From Paraspadella gotoi (Eukaryota; Animalia; Chaetognatha): a DNA stretch of 64,000 nt. The stretch is taken from positions 12,948,081 to 13,012,080 of the forward strand of contig CM119266.1 of assembly GCA_051294375.1 (NCBI GenBank). Direction: 5' to 3'. A program made the position numbers and the translations under genes. Within the stretch, counting starts at the first letter, position 1, and each line of letters starts with the position of its first letter. The notes beneath the pieces were generated by a model. The model saw only the letters and a program-made list of their open reading frames with translations, ran no database searches and was not told where the DNA came from. Below, one piece after another: positions 1-13,355 of the stretch.

Positions 1-403
1 AAGAACATTCTCCTCTTCCACTTCTTTTTTCCACTTCCTTTTCTTTTTCCATTAATTTATTAAGAAACAACGCTGCTCTCAAATTTCCCAACTCCAGCAA
101 TGGGGCCAAAATATTTTTTACATCACCTAAACATTTTAATTATTTTTAATCTAATTAATATTTCATTTGATTACTACATAATCAAATTAAAAAAAAAAGG
201 TCTAGGCACAGTGGGTTTTGTCCTGGAAAAGTTTAGTTGTTCTCCATTTCCTGTTTTGAAGAGTCGCCTTATACCAGATTGTTGAGCCAGCCTGAAAAAA
301 AGCCTCCATACAAACAGTTCGTTGGTCCTTGGAATCCTTGCTATTCTGTCAGCAGTTTTTCATTTTTAATCATTTTAAAATTATTTATAACAAAATTGTC
401 CAT
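1..403 (-). CDS. possible two exons of an unidentified gene, frameshifted by read errors
   Basis: ATGGACAAT (MDNFV) at 403; acceptor tgtttag|GTGATG at 126; Glu/Lys-rich codons near 1-60; no clean frame and no family recognised. Confidence 0.2.
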
Positions 404-1477
404 GATTTTCTTTTTCTTCTCTAAGAAGAAACTGAAAAAAAAATTCACAGAAAAAATGATTCAGAAATCTCTAATGAAAAAAATAGTTACACACAGATAG
501 TGAATAGCATAACATGTGATTTGTTTAAAATGCTGTTCCCATTAAAACATTAACAATGTGGTCGGCTCGCCCCTTATTTAAAGATGATTCCTAAAGACTC
601 ATCAACCATAACTAATAGAAAATAGGAATTGTAGTTTCGAGTTCAGAGGCTGGTGGTTGTTTCTTTTTCGATCAACTCATAAGAACTGAAACGAAGAGAA
701 ACAAACAAGATAAGCTGAATTATAATTTTTATTTATAAATATAGTTAAAAAACAAACGAAATTTTATCATAAGGTTGAAATATGTTATGAAAAATTGGTA
801 AATGTTTTTGGTTATGTAAATAATAAACAGTAAAGTTAAGAAATAAAAAGTGAAGATAATGAACAAAATGTTACATTTAGGAGAAAAAGATAGGAAGAAA
901 AAAAGAGCGAGAAAGCAAGAGAAGTAAAAAGTAGAGAGAGAGAGAGAGAAGAGAGAGAAGAAGAGAGAGAGAGAGGAGAAATCCCGGGCCCGATCCGCTC
1001 GAATTTCGGACCGAAGAAGCCCGAATCACCAATCGGAGAGAGAAAAAATCTCCCTGAATCCGAGCGGAAGAAGCGCCCGAAGGAGAAGTGAAGTCGGTCG
1101 GCAAAGCCGCCTCGCCGCCCGCTCCGGTCTACGCTGCCGTACGGGAAGAGCTGAAGTAAATATGACTCGAGGAGAGAGATAGCGGAGTTTCGTCGGCTAA
1201 TGGAGCGAGCCCGCACGAACACTTAAAAGTCGAGACCGCCTTTTTAACGAAGCAAGAAAAAAAAAAGAAGAAAACTACTATTTTTTTTTCAATTCGAATT
1301 AACGGAGTTAGTTTTAAAGCGAAGGAATTACGTTGAACTGATAAAAAATCCCTCGACAAGCGGGATTCTGCCTTTCGGTGATTAGCGGCGAAGCATATAG
1401 ATGATGGCCAGCCGTCCTTTAATACTAAAACCCACTCGCGCGCATCAATTTTCCTTTTCGTCTATAATCGTCGGATC

Positions 1478-1519
<42 letters not shown>

Positions 1520-2716
1520 TCTCTCATCTCTCCTCTTATAATCTCCGTCCTCGTTCTCTCTCTCTCTTCCTCAGCGTTACAACACTATACGTACACAGTC
1601 ATTCGACTAGAACTAACGTTTTGCGCAACATACAGGGCGCGGTGATTCCGCACGCTCCGCTATTTTCAATATCTTCTCGTGCGTTCCCAGTCGCCACGTC
1701 ATCCGCCCCTTACCAAGTTTTCCCACGGTCTTTATTCCAGGGCAGAAGAGGAGAAGCGGAGAATTACAGGGGTAAGAAGTAACGGGCAAATCTAGGGGGG
1801 GCGGAGAGGGGGAAGGGGGGAAATCCGAATTTTTGCGCAAACCGAACGATGAAAGGGAAATACGCGGAAGAGGAAGAGAAGAGAAGGAAGAGGAAAGGCC
1901 CGAGGTAAACACGGATACTCGAAAAAGTAAACACATTCTTCCTCCTTCGAGTCTTCGATAAACGAATTTTCTTTATTTTTCTTTTTTTTTTCTTTCTTTC
2001 TTTTTTTTCTCTCTTTTTCTTTTAACATCTTTTTTTTTTGTGGATTTTATTCAGTCTCTTTCCCACTTTCCTTCCCGCGTATTTATATCCTTATTCCCGG
2101 GGCAAAGAGCGATTAAACGTCGGTGGGATGGAATAAAGCCTAGCTTTTTGAACCGATATTGAAGAAAAAAGAGAGAAAAAAAAAAGGGAACAGTGAAAAA
2201 GGTGAAAATAAAGAGATATGGTAATAAAAGGGAACGGGGACTTTGCAATCTATTATATCCCGTGAGCGCGAGCTCACGCCTGCAACGGGAGGAGAACGGC
2301 GACGTTGAAAACGCGCGCCATTACTATGCATAGGAGAAAGGTTTGAAAAGACGAGTAGAAAGACGAGAGGAGAGAGAGGAGAGAGAGAAGAGAGAGAGAG
2401 AGAGAGAAGAGAGAGAGAGAAGAGAGAGAGAGAGATGCGAGAGAAAATTATAAAAGAAAGAGGAAAGAAACAGAGCCGAGCGACAAGGCGATAAAAGTCG
2501 CAAGAATGAATATTAGAAAGGTGGCGGTAACGAATCGGGGTAAGGTCGGGTAATTTCGCGACTCCAAGCGGTGGATCGCCTTCCGCTTCGTCGAACGATA
2601 TTCTTTGATGGGCGACGGCCGAAAAGGAGGGTCCGCGGCGACCCTCCGGGGGAAAACCGCGGGCGAATTTTTGAAAAGGGGAATTGGGTGTGAAGGTTTA
2701 TGGGGTGAATACTGAT

Positions 2717-3341
2717 AGTAAGGCGTATAGTGGGAAAGTTACATACGAAAATTCTAAAGTTATTTATGAAACAACATAACATCAGTTAAACATTATATTG
2801 TAAAAAAAAATTTTATGTTTTTTAATTTCGCAGTAGGCTATATTTATATATAGTATTATTCCTTAATAATCGAAAAATTTCAAAAATAGGCTTTTTTTTA
2901 ATTTTGAATTGCAGATTTAAATTCCCGTCAAAAGTTGTAGAGAAGATATAAATCATTTTTAAAAAAATTCTTTTTTATAAGTAGGTTTAAAAATTAATAA
3001 CAACTATATTTACATATATAAAAGTTAAATTTTTCAGCTTAAGGTATAGCTTTTGTCTAATTTTGACCCACTTAATGAAGGAATTTTGCAAAAAGAATTA
3101 ATTTTCTTATATCAACTTTTTATGACGAATCCAATCCTGCAAAAAAATCCTTAGAAAAAAAAACTGTTTTAAATTTTTAATATTTATTGGTTTAGTAAAC
3201 TATTCATAATATGCCTACTGCGTAATTGTAAAATTTATATAAATTTTTATTACATAAAATGTTCCATAATATAATATGTTGTCGTTCCTCATTTTAGAAA
3301 TTTATTAAACGTTAAACTTTAAGATTTAACTACGCCTTACT
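2717..3341. mobile_element. ~625 bp AT-rich foldback / MITE-like element
   Basis: Terminal AGTAAGGCGTA (2717) and TACGCCTTACT (3341) are exact reverse complements. Imperfect symmetry continues inward (cgcagtaggc / gcctactgcg) to about 2970 and 3080. The flanks are not symmetric. Confidence 0.55.
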
Positions 3342-3674
3342 GAATAGGTTTTAGGCGGGAACGACGGTGGTCAATTTTCTCTACGAGTAAATTTAAAATT
3401 TCTTGAACTATTTTGTTTACGTATGATACAAGTATCCATTCCTGGAAACCATCCTTCTGTAAAAAGTTTTTATCAGTACTTACTCTCGGAGAACTAGATT
3501 TTGCCTAGAAAAGTTAAAACCCTAAGGTTTAAACTAATTGCCTCATATTGGACAGTTCACCTAATACTCTTCGGCACACGTCTTCTATTTTTTCATTATA
3601 TTAACCGAAATTCAAAACTTTTTCTTTATAAAACCGAAATTTAACATTTCCTTTCCTAAATCTCGACAAAAACG

Positions 3675-3870
3675 ATCGCGGGGGGGATCGGGGATGGGTG
3701 ATCGGGGAATGGGGGAATCAGGGGAATCGGGGTCGTGAGATCGGGGGATCGTGAGATCGGGATCTCGGAAGATCGGGGGATCGGGAAGCGGGAGAATCGG
3801 GGAAGCGGAGGGAATTGGGTAGGGGAAGCGGGGGATCGTGAGATCGGGAAACGCGGGGGGAAAGGAATGG
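3675..3870. repeat. degenerate ~8 bp GGGGATCG minisatellite
   Basis: Repeated gatcgggg / gaatcgggg / gtgagatcgg units. Confidence 0.75.
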
Positions 3871-3889
3871 ATGGGATATCGGTCGGTCC

Positions 3890-4330
3890 TGAATAATGTC
3901 GTGTTCGGCGTCGAAGCCATAAAACGGCGCCCGAGTCAAGAATAACTTTTAGAACGGTTCGCCGACGAAATCCAGACGAAAAGTTGATGAGGAGACAAAA
4001 CAGGGAAGAGAACAACAGCGACAACAAGACTAAGGGGGGAAGTGAAAACGGTGACAAACCGTTAGTTAAGTAGAAAGGGAAAGGAAGGAACAAAATGAGA
4101 CAGCGTTCGAAAGACAACAGCTGCAACAGACATATCGAGAAAGGACGGCTTAACGATACCAACGAAAGGCAGCTTACAAACAGCAAACGAAAACAGACGT
4201 TAAAAACACCACGGAAATACGCATAGCCAATCTAGTGAAAAACTGCGGACGAATGAGACTAAAAGACAGTTGCTACGGTTGCCGCAACAACAACCCTATG
4301 CGACAAATAGACAGATGCTTTGGGGTAACG
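3890..4330 (-). CDS. candidate class A (rhodopsin-like) GPCR TM2-TM4 fragment in noisy sequence
   Basis: FSICLLQLLSFERCLIL (4091-4141) fits the class A TM3 signature (PROSITE PS00237 as I recall it, checked by hand), with Pro 7 residues after Arg. A CKL triplet lies 73 nt upstream of the Arg codon in a shifted frame. A hydrophobic segment follows. Confidence 0.35.
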
Positions 4331-5329
4331 TACTTGCCGCCTAGGCCAAAATATTAATATTGGTTTGTACCAATTTCAATAGATTATTTTTTTGCGTCTG
4401 CCGCCCGCCGCGTCGCCCCCCGTCGTCGCCTGCCGACGCGCCCGCCGCGCCCGTCGCCGCCCGCGAAAATAAGCGACGACTGCGTCGCGGATCGAGTCAA
4501 GCGAACGCAGATATTCGTTTCGAAGGAAATTTCCCCTTTTTTTTTTTTAATTTCCGTTGACGGCGAACAAACAGACATCTTTTCTCTGACACCGACGGAC
4601 GACGAACGACCGACGACGACGACTTTGAACGATGAAGACAGGAAGCCGACGCGAACGACGAAAAAGAAGGAAGGACGACCGTAACCAAGTTAGGCCGACG
4701 ACGACACGACGACGACGACGAGCCTTAATTCCCAATTCCCATTTTAATGACCCTTTTTCCAATCAAGACCGACGGATTTACTTTCTTCTCGCCAACCGAT
4801 TTATTGCGCTTCTGCCCCTTTTCCGAGCCTCTGAGTTGGCTCATCGAAACCGCGATTAAAGCGCAGGGCCTTCGCTAAAAATACTAAATTCTATCCCAGT
4901 CTATTCCCTCTTCCCGTCCCTGCCCCTTCCGATGCTTTTCTAACGAAAATTCTATCGTTACGAGTTTTTTATTTATCTCGGCAAAAAAAAAAAAAGGTGA
5001 CTTTCTATCGATCTAGAATTGAAAATAATCTTTATATACTTACTAAAGTAAACTATAACCATTAACAAAAAACGGACGAACGTGAACAAACGAAACGATG
5101 AATGACTTCACACGCCGGATGCCCCGCGCCATCGAACGAGCGTGCAGCGCGTGCAATTTCAAAGGAATGGGAAAGAAGAGGGATAGAAAGGAATGGCAGG
5201 GAAGAGAGAGAAGAGAGCAGAGAGAGAGAGAGAGAAGAGAAAGAGAGAAGAGAGACAGAGAGAAGAGAGAAGAGAGAGAGAGAGAGAAGACAAGTGAGTG
5301 ACAGGTTAAAAAATCACAAAGCTTTTCAC

Positions 5330-8300
5330 CGTTTCGAAGATGGAAGGTTTGAAAGAGCGCGAAGGCCGCGCATACGGGTGCGGAGTCCCAACGCGCGTCC
5401 CGCCTCGAGATGGTGGACGACGAAGGAGGGCGGGAAAGAAAAGCGGAGAGAGGGTAGAAAGGGAGGGTAAGTTGTGATGTTAGAAGGGTTAAGGAGAAAG
5501 TAAAGAGAATGGTGGTTTAATATTGAAGTGCGACGGGGAAGGGAAGTGGTTCCAACCAGGTACGTTCGAGACGTACGAAACAGAACGTAAGTTTCTGCGA
5601 GTAAGGAAGATTGAGTAATCTGAACGCCGGAGAACAGTGTAACGAAGAGCGACGCCCGCAGTCGAAAAGCGGCCGCCGGTTCCAACCGTTTCAGCCACGG
5701 ATCTTACCGCGCGACGAAGCCTGTTACACCCGACATTCTCTTGGGCTGACGTCCGTTTTACCGGAAAGGTACCGTAGCCCGCGCGGTCGTCGCCGTTCGT
5801 CCGCGTCGTCGTTCGCCACAGGAAACGAACGAATTAAGCGGGAGACGGTTGGAACGCCGGTAGACAAATGTGTCAAGCCGATGGGCCGCTGTGCCAAATA
5901 ACATGCTCTTCGCGAGTTGATGGGAAAACAAGACAGATTAGCCTTTTTCGATTAATAACGGCTGTGGCGTTTGTATTTCAACAAGGTTCGATGTGAGCCT
6001 CAGGGTCTGTTGGACGATGTCGTCCGGTAATGTATTTCCCCAAAAGGTTACTTGGTGTTTGTGGCCGGAAAAAATTAGCATGTCAACGATTGTCATTGTG
6101 GTGAGTCCGCTCTGTCCACGTGTTTTTGGCCAACCCGCATCGGAGGCAAATTGATATACGCGCCATCTTCGCCACCCGACGATGTCGCTACCCACCCGTT
6201 TCCTTAAACACAACTCACCCTTTTCGTTTCGCATCGCCATGCGACGACAAACTTCGTCGGACGATGACCGCCGGATTTTGGAAGAAGCCGCGCGGACGAA
6301 AGGTACTGGAGGATCGAGTCCTCTCGAGGCGCGAATTGTCGTGGGGTACGAATGGAACGAAAGGCGGTCGCACGTGGACCTCGCGGCCGGGATCGTGGGA
6401 TGACGGGATTTAGATTTAGATTCTAAAAAAACGACGTTCCCGCTGCATAGGTTGGTCGTATGGAAAGCGACCCGAATTTTCTCGACGGAAGCGTCGAAAC
6501 TCGGAATCTTGAATAGCTTGGGATTTTCCTTTTTTTTGAAAATAATTTACTTCCCTTGAATTGTAGAAAACGTTGGTGAGTTTTAAATATGGTATCTGTA
6601 AATTACACAATCGCTCACCTTGACTGCTCGAAAGACTTGGATCTTCTTGTCGTAAAATTGGCATCATTTCCTAACAGTTCTTTTCATATTCTTAATGGGA
6701 TCAGTTTCCCGTAACGCCACATCGACTTTCTTCAACGACCCGCCTCCAGTTCGACGCACTCCGTGTCGTACGGGCCGTTCGAATTCAATATCTTGAGAGC
6801 ACGCTCGGCGCCCCTTCCTCCTCCGAAGGTCAAAAGGTCGTCCGCAGTACAAAAGGATCATACGGAGATGGGGAATCGGAAGAAAAACGATTTCCCCGGC
6901 GGATTCCTGACTCGTAGTCCGGCGGGAAACCCGTCCGTGGGTTCGAGCGGAGAGAGGTCGAGTTTTCGACCGATTGGAGGCAAAATCTCAGGGATTTTGC
7001 CGACCGAAAAAAATCAGATTTCGCTCGAAAACGAATTTTGAATTCGATTCATCCAAATATCCGAAATTCTGGGCCGACGGAAAAAATTCCGTCCCGGAAA
7101 GAAACAGGCTCGATTTCTACCGAAGACAGATAAAAGAACTTGGCCCGACAAAAAAATCACGAAATCGCCGACAAACACGACCCCAAACTCGGAATTTCGG
7201 GCCCGACACGAATCGATTCCAAGCCAAAGCTCGATCTGGTCAAGGAACAATCGGGAATTCGGCTGACCAATAACTCGATTTGTCGAACCAAAAAATCCGA
7301 TTTAAGGTCCGAACAAAAAGAGTCCGAGAGGAAAGGGAGAGAGCATTGGAACGCTCCCCGTCCGACGGAAATCGGTATGACGACAACGACGATTTGGTCC
7401 AACGACGGGGGCGACTTCCCGGAAACGAGCCACTTGGAGGGCATGAATGGCCCTGAGAAAGAAGGAAAACGACAACGACCCGACAACGACGACCGCGGTG
7501 CCGACCCCTTGAATTAAGCATGTCGTCCTAACGACAATCCGACTTCATCGCAAATCCCCATTGACGGTTTTCGAAAGAGTCCGAAAAGTCAGAAAAGGGA
7601 GGAGCCGGGGCCCCGAGGAAGCGAACGAAGGCAAAATGATGGAGGAAGAGGGAAAAGAGGACAGCAGAGGAGGAAAATGAAGAAAAGAAAAGAGGAGCAA
7701 AAGAAGTGGGAAACGAGAGAATTGGGGAAAAGAAAAACGGGGATCGTAAAAAACGACGGGAAGGCCCGATCGTAACGTTGAATCGGCAACGAGAATTCGG
7801 GAGACAGAGGAAAGGTGGACAGTGGCAAAATTGGGGAAAAGGAGGAGGAGGAGGAAGAGACGAGGAGGAGGAGGAAGAGAATGGGGTTGGGAAAAGGGCA
7901 GAGGGAGAAGGGCGACAGAAGGGGATGAAGCGGAAAAGATGGGAAGGGCAGGAGGAAAAGGAGAAGAAGTCCAGAGAAAGCAGGAAAGGGAAAAGAAGGG
8001 GAGAAAACCATTTAGAAATGGACGGAAAGAGAGGAGAAAGTGAGCCACCGGGCCCTGATCCAGTCGAAGAAGATGGACAGGAGAGACGGCGGAGGAACAA
8101 GGAGGGGAGACAGAGAGAGACAGAGACAACAGCCAAAGAGCGAACAGAGAGGAAAAATAGAGAAAGAAGCGGAGAGGACGCGAACGTAGAAAATCTCTCT
8201 CCGACGCTGCCCTCTCCCTCGGTCGACAGAGGGCCGCACAAGAAGTCTTCGAATACTCCCGCCGTCCGTATCGTTTTGAACGCGATTCCGAAGGGGCGCG

Positions 8301-8658
8301 CGGTGGCCGTGGGCGGCTTCCGCGGCGGGTGATGGAGGAACGCCAAGGGCGGTCGGTCCGGCGGGCGGGTCGCCCCCCGTGACGGCGGGGAGCGGGAGGC
8401 GGTGGGGTGGTTTCGAAAGAAGAGAAGGCCGGGGGCTGTTTCCATCGGGGGAAAGGGTTTAGGGGTTGGAGAGGCCCGGGGGTTGGAGGGCGAAGGAACG
8501 GGCAGAAAGCGGAGGAAATAATCGATAGAGGTTGAAATCCGGTTGGCCGGGAAGTGACTGGGCGAAGGCGGGGTGAAAGCGGGTACGAAGGGGTGGTTGA
8601 ATGGGAAAAGAGGCCGGCGGGACAGGGGAGGAACGGGAAAGCCGAAACGCGTCCTCCA
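5330..8658 (-). pseudogene. frameshifted copy of the giant Ser/Thr/Pro-rich exon (probably sequencing error rather than a true pseudogene)
   Basis: Same sequence as 13356-16140 plus the inverted piece 16470-16710, but broken by many single-base indels. Confidence 0.6.
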
Positions 8659-9249
8659 CTTTTTTTTTTTTTGGAAGAATGAAAAAGAAACAAAAAAACA
8701 CCGCGTGGAACAACAGAAAATATCACTGCTGGCCCCCTGGGGTGAAAAAACGAGAACAGAACATAGTTTACGACTGAAGAAAAAAAAAAAACGCCCTAGG
8801 GCTTGCAAAAAACAGTAAAAAGGCGTTTAGAGCAACAGTAAAATAAGAATCACGGCCAGAAGGAATTACAAAAACTTGGCGAAGAAGAGAAGTGAAGAGG
8901 GAAAAAAAAAGGGGAGAACAATTACTCTACCCTCTCTTCTCTGGTCCTTTGGCCTTCATGGACTCCCCGCGCTCACTCCTTCTCTCTATTCTCTCCCTCA
9001 TCTCTCGCCCTCGTTTTATGGGAGTGTGCGTCTAGAACTCCTCGGCCTTTGGCGCTACGAATCTGAGACTTGGGGAGTGAGGCCGCTTATTTTTGGATAA
9101 TAAAATAAAAAGTTTGATTAAGAAACTATTGAATTTAAACGAAACCAAAGAATAAGATAAGAATTTTGTATTTTCGAATTTTTAATTTTATCATGATAGA
9201 TGATGTGAATCTTTCTATTTATAATAACAATTTGATTTAAAAAATCATA

Positions 9250-10160
9250 ATTTTTTAATCTGAAGCCGAAGGTGGCGTCGGAGCGGATTTTGGCCTCCGA
9301 ATTTAAATTTCCCCTTTTAATTGGCTTTCTCTTCCGGCCAGAAAAGCAGACGGACTTTTTATTGGCTTTTAATCGCTCCATTTTCTCTTTCTCTTCCTCA
9401 CAAAAAACCTTGGTTTCCCTCTTTCTCTTCTCACACAACTCTTTGGTTTCCCTCTTTCTTCTTCCTCACCACATTCTTGGTTTTCCCTCTTTCTCTTCCT
9501 TCATACACTTGGTTTCCCTCTTTCTCTTCCTTCATCCTCTCTTCCTTTCTCTGTTCCTCTCTATCTTCGCCATTCATCCCCGACTTTCCTCTCTTCATAC
9601 ATCTCCCTTCCCCTCCACAATATCATATCTATCCTCAATCTTTGAGATTCCTTCATAATTTTTAAACTTAATTCTTTTTCCATTCTCTCTATTTTATTCC
9701 CATTGCTCCAGCTGCCCTTGCCCACCCCCCCCCAGCTTCCCCAGCAAGTCGGCCAGGTGGTTTTCTCGTCTTTATTTTTTTTTCTCCTTTTTTCTCTCAG
9801 GCGTTTTCATTTTAATTTCCTCATGTTCCACCTCACCTCGCCTCCGTTCCCAACCTCATCTTCCGTTCCCCCCTCCCCACCTTTCCATCACCACCTGCCG
9901 TATTCGCTTTCCCTCATCTTCCACAGATTCCCTTCCACCACCAACGCCCGCCTCTTCCTCCTCTTCCTTACCCTTACCCCCACCCTCCTCCTCTTCCTTC
10001 ATCCCATTTTCCTCCTCTTTCCTCCTCTCCTACCCTCCCTGCCTCCTCCTTTCCGAAGGCCACTACTCCGACCGTAGTATCTTTCCCATCGTTCGGATAA
10101 ATTGTTTGATCTTCGAGAGCGGGCTAATGTTCGTAGTGATAAAGATGGATCGTGAAACAC
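9250..10160 (-). CDS. Glu-rich exon with 33 bp coding repeat (EEEKEGNQELC) x4-5
   Basis: Unit ttggtttccctctttctcttcctcacacaactc repeated at 9385-9535 has a length divisible by 3. Copy 2 reads KEGNQELCEEEKE beside the 17342 gap. Confidence 0.45.
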
Positions 10161-10251
10161 CAAAAAAAAAAAGGGAGAGGGGAAAAGAGAGAGAGAGATG
10201 GAGAGGGTTCACCGCCAAACCATGCGGAAGGAGCGAAGAGAGGAGAGAGAG

Positions 10252-10282
<31 letters not shown>

Positions 10283-10332
10283 GGAGAGAGAGAGAGAAAA
10301 GAAAGAGAGAAAGAGAGAGACTTCGTACTTAC

Positions 10333-10395
10333 TGGCGTTAAGTTTCTGGGGCTGAGCGAAGTGACTCCTGAAAGCCGACTCATGTCGAGTACGCC
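10333..10395 (-). CDS. 63 nt internal exon (copy 1)
   Basis: attag|GGCGTA...ACGCCA|gtaagt; identical in both duplicate copies; open as GVLDMSRLSGVTSLSPRNLTP or GRTRHESAFRSHFAQPQKLNA. Confidence 0.6.
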
Positions 10396-11536
10396 CTAAT
10401 TTTTTGTTTTGTTTTTTTTGTTTTATAGTTAAAAGACAAAAAAAAGAAGAAATGGTATTATTAATTTTACCAAGTACACGCCTAAAAACCGTTTTAAGCC
10501 GAGCGCGGGATAACGATCGAAAAATAAACAAAGCCATTAGGTAAAAAAAAAAAAGAAGAGTAAAAAAAAAGCTAACCAGACACGCATGCTGGCCGATCCG
10601 ATTGGAAAACCTTGAAAATAGAAATTTAAAAACAAATTGAGGGGAAAAAAAAATACTGAGGTTTGAATCTTGAAATCGACTTCATGCGAAACGATGAAAA
10701 ACTAAATGAGCGACAGATTAAAAAAAGTAAAGAAAATCCACAGATTTTTTTTCCCCCTCTTTAAAAAAAAAAAATCTCCTCAGAATTTTAAGTAAAAAAA
10801 ATAAAAAAAAAGGAAAAAAATCTCAACTAAATTTGATTCGGATGAAATGCCGCCGTGAAAATTCATAAACGCGTGATCGAGAGAGAAGACAGAGAGAGAA
10901 GGAGAGGAGGAGAGAGAGAGAGAGGAGAGAGAGATAGAGAGAGAGAAGAGAGAGAGAGAGAGGAGAGATTTACTTTTGCCATTTAAATTTCCTTTTTATA
11001 ACCTTGAGATGAGAATAATTTTGAAAAAATAGGAAAAAAGAATTTTTTTCCCGCGATTTTCTCTTCCAATCCATATCCGTCCGTCGACCGCGATGACTTT
11101 ATCCCTTATTTATCCCATTCGAAAAGTCAGGGTCGAGCGTGAGTCCTCGACCCCGAACTTTACCCGTTTTTTTATCCATTTATTTTGGGAAGGGGTGAGG
11201 TGTCTCTTCATAAAAAGGTTAGTCCAAGTCCATTGTAAGTCCCAAAAAATACCGATCATAAAATAGCTTATTTACTTAATCCAGTCAAATATCATAATCA
11301 AATCAAAAAAGGGATAGTTGGATTAGTTAAAAAGTAAGTGAAAGCTGTCGCCGCACCATGGATTCCCAGATTAATGAATTAATCTTTTTTTCTTTTTCTT
11401 TTTTAACCAAGTAATCCATGTAATCTTTTTATGTTTTTTCCCGTCATTCTGTATAGCGGAACATTTTCTCTCGGGCTAAAAATTAGTCTCGACTCCTCTC
11501 TCTCTCCTCCCTCTCTCTCTCTCTCTCTCCTCTCTC

Positions 11537-11569
<33 letters not shown>

Positions 11570-12426
11570 CTCTCTCTCCTTCCAAGGGACGGAACCGCCC
11601 TCCCCTTAGAGAAATGACCCCGGGGGTTTATCGTTTAAAGGTCGCGCGGGGCGAGTGGAATGGGAAGAGGGAGAGCGAGGGTAAGAGGGGGGCCGCGTCG
11701 TCAAAAAAGGGGCGTGGCGGGAAAGGCCGGAAGTAAAATTCAAATCTCCTTCCCCAGGGCCGGAGGTTTTTTTTCTTCCCTCAAATTGACGGACGTGACG
11801 TCCAAACTCGAAAAAAAAAAGAAAATGGCGTTCGAGCGGGAAAGTCGTTGGCCGCGGCCGCCCACCAAGACAAACGTCCCGTCGACGTCGTCCAGCTTTA
11901 TTCGTCGTCATCGTTTGGTCATTAGTACATTCCTATCGTTGACACAAGAATTTGTCGAGTCATCGTCGCCATAGTCGTCGTTATCGTGGGCGAGCTTCAC
12001 AATCCAGTCACGCCACTCGTCCACATCTTGCGTTACGATACCACGATTCGCGTCAAGAATATATTTTTTTGACTTGACCGATTTTGTTTCAACGGGAAGT
12101 AGAGGAAAGAAGAAAAGTGAGTTGACTCTAGTTCAGATTAGCTTGAAAGATTGGGCCAGATTATTACTGAAGATTGGGGCCTGGGTTTGGACTGAGTTTA
12201 GGAACAGATTTTGGGCTGATATTAGAGCCAGGTTTGGGCTTAGATGGGGCCTGGTTTTTTTCGTTGGGCTGGGGGGGTCAGAGGGCTCGGCTTGTTTGCG
12301 AGACTTTTGTTTTTGACGGCAGAAAGTTTTGTAATTTATTTCTAAAAGAATGAAGAAAGAGTGAGAGAGGGGAAAACAACGAATACGTTGAGGAGAAAAA
12401 GAGAGAGAGAGAGAGAGGAGAAGAGA

Positions 12427-12482
<56 letters not shown>

Positions 12483-13355
12483 AGAGAGAGGGAGGGAGGG
12501 GAGAGAAGAGATGGACGAGCCTTAATAGATATATGCAAACTCACCCATAAATTTAGGTCAAGAATACGCGTGGGCAAATTTAATAGACATTATTATATTT
12601 AGACTCCGGGGGTTCTTTTTTTTTTTGGAAGAGAAAGTTTTTAAAAGAGAGCGAGAAGGAAGAAAGAGAAAGAGAGGAGAGAGAGAGAGAGATGAGGAAG
12701 AGAGAGAGGAGGAGAAGAGAGAGAGAGAGAAAAAGAGCGTGGGAACAAGAGAGCGTCCGCTGCCAAAAAAGCCTCTTTATTTTCACTCGCCGATGAAACT
12801 TTTCTCATTCATCTTCCTTGTTGGTAGACTCTCTCTCTCTCTTCTCTCTCTATCTCCTCTCTCTCTCTCTCTCTCTCTCCTCTTCCTCTCTTTTCTCTCT
12901 CTTCTCTCATACCCCCTTTCCTCAATTTCTAGAGCTCTTTCGTTTTTTCTTTTCTTCTGCTTTTTAATTTTTTTCTGCCAATTCTCTTTCATTCTCGGCG
13001 TCTTTTTGTCTTTTTTTCATCCTCTCATTTCTTTCTGAGTCGATCGCAGAGGCGCACAGGAAGAGATCAGTTTGTGTTTTTTATAATGCAAACACTCACT
13101 GGTCCGGCTGGAGGGCAAAGTGATCTTGACGTCAAAAATAAGATTTCCATGTCTGGGACGCATCCAAGAAAAACAAAAACGTTTTTTTAATGTGCCTCCT
13201 CCCTGGGACGCTCAGGAAGAAACCGACTTTGGGTCGCCCATGGCAACGCTCTCACTAAACGCGATTGGTTTCTTGTCAACGAGCTGTCCGTTTTCGCTCA
13301 CGTATACATCGACTTCGGATACAACACAGAAAATATCGCGGAATCCAGTTTTCAC

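Larger units (their letters stand above)
5323..13348. repeat. copy 1 of ~8 kb direct duplication (indel-rich, probably uncorrected long read)
   Basis: Colinear with 13349-21320 starting at ttttcaccgtttcga; differences are mostly 1-nt insertions and homopolymer length changes. Confidence 0.9.
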
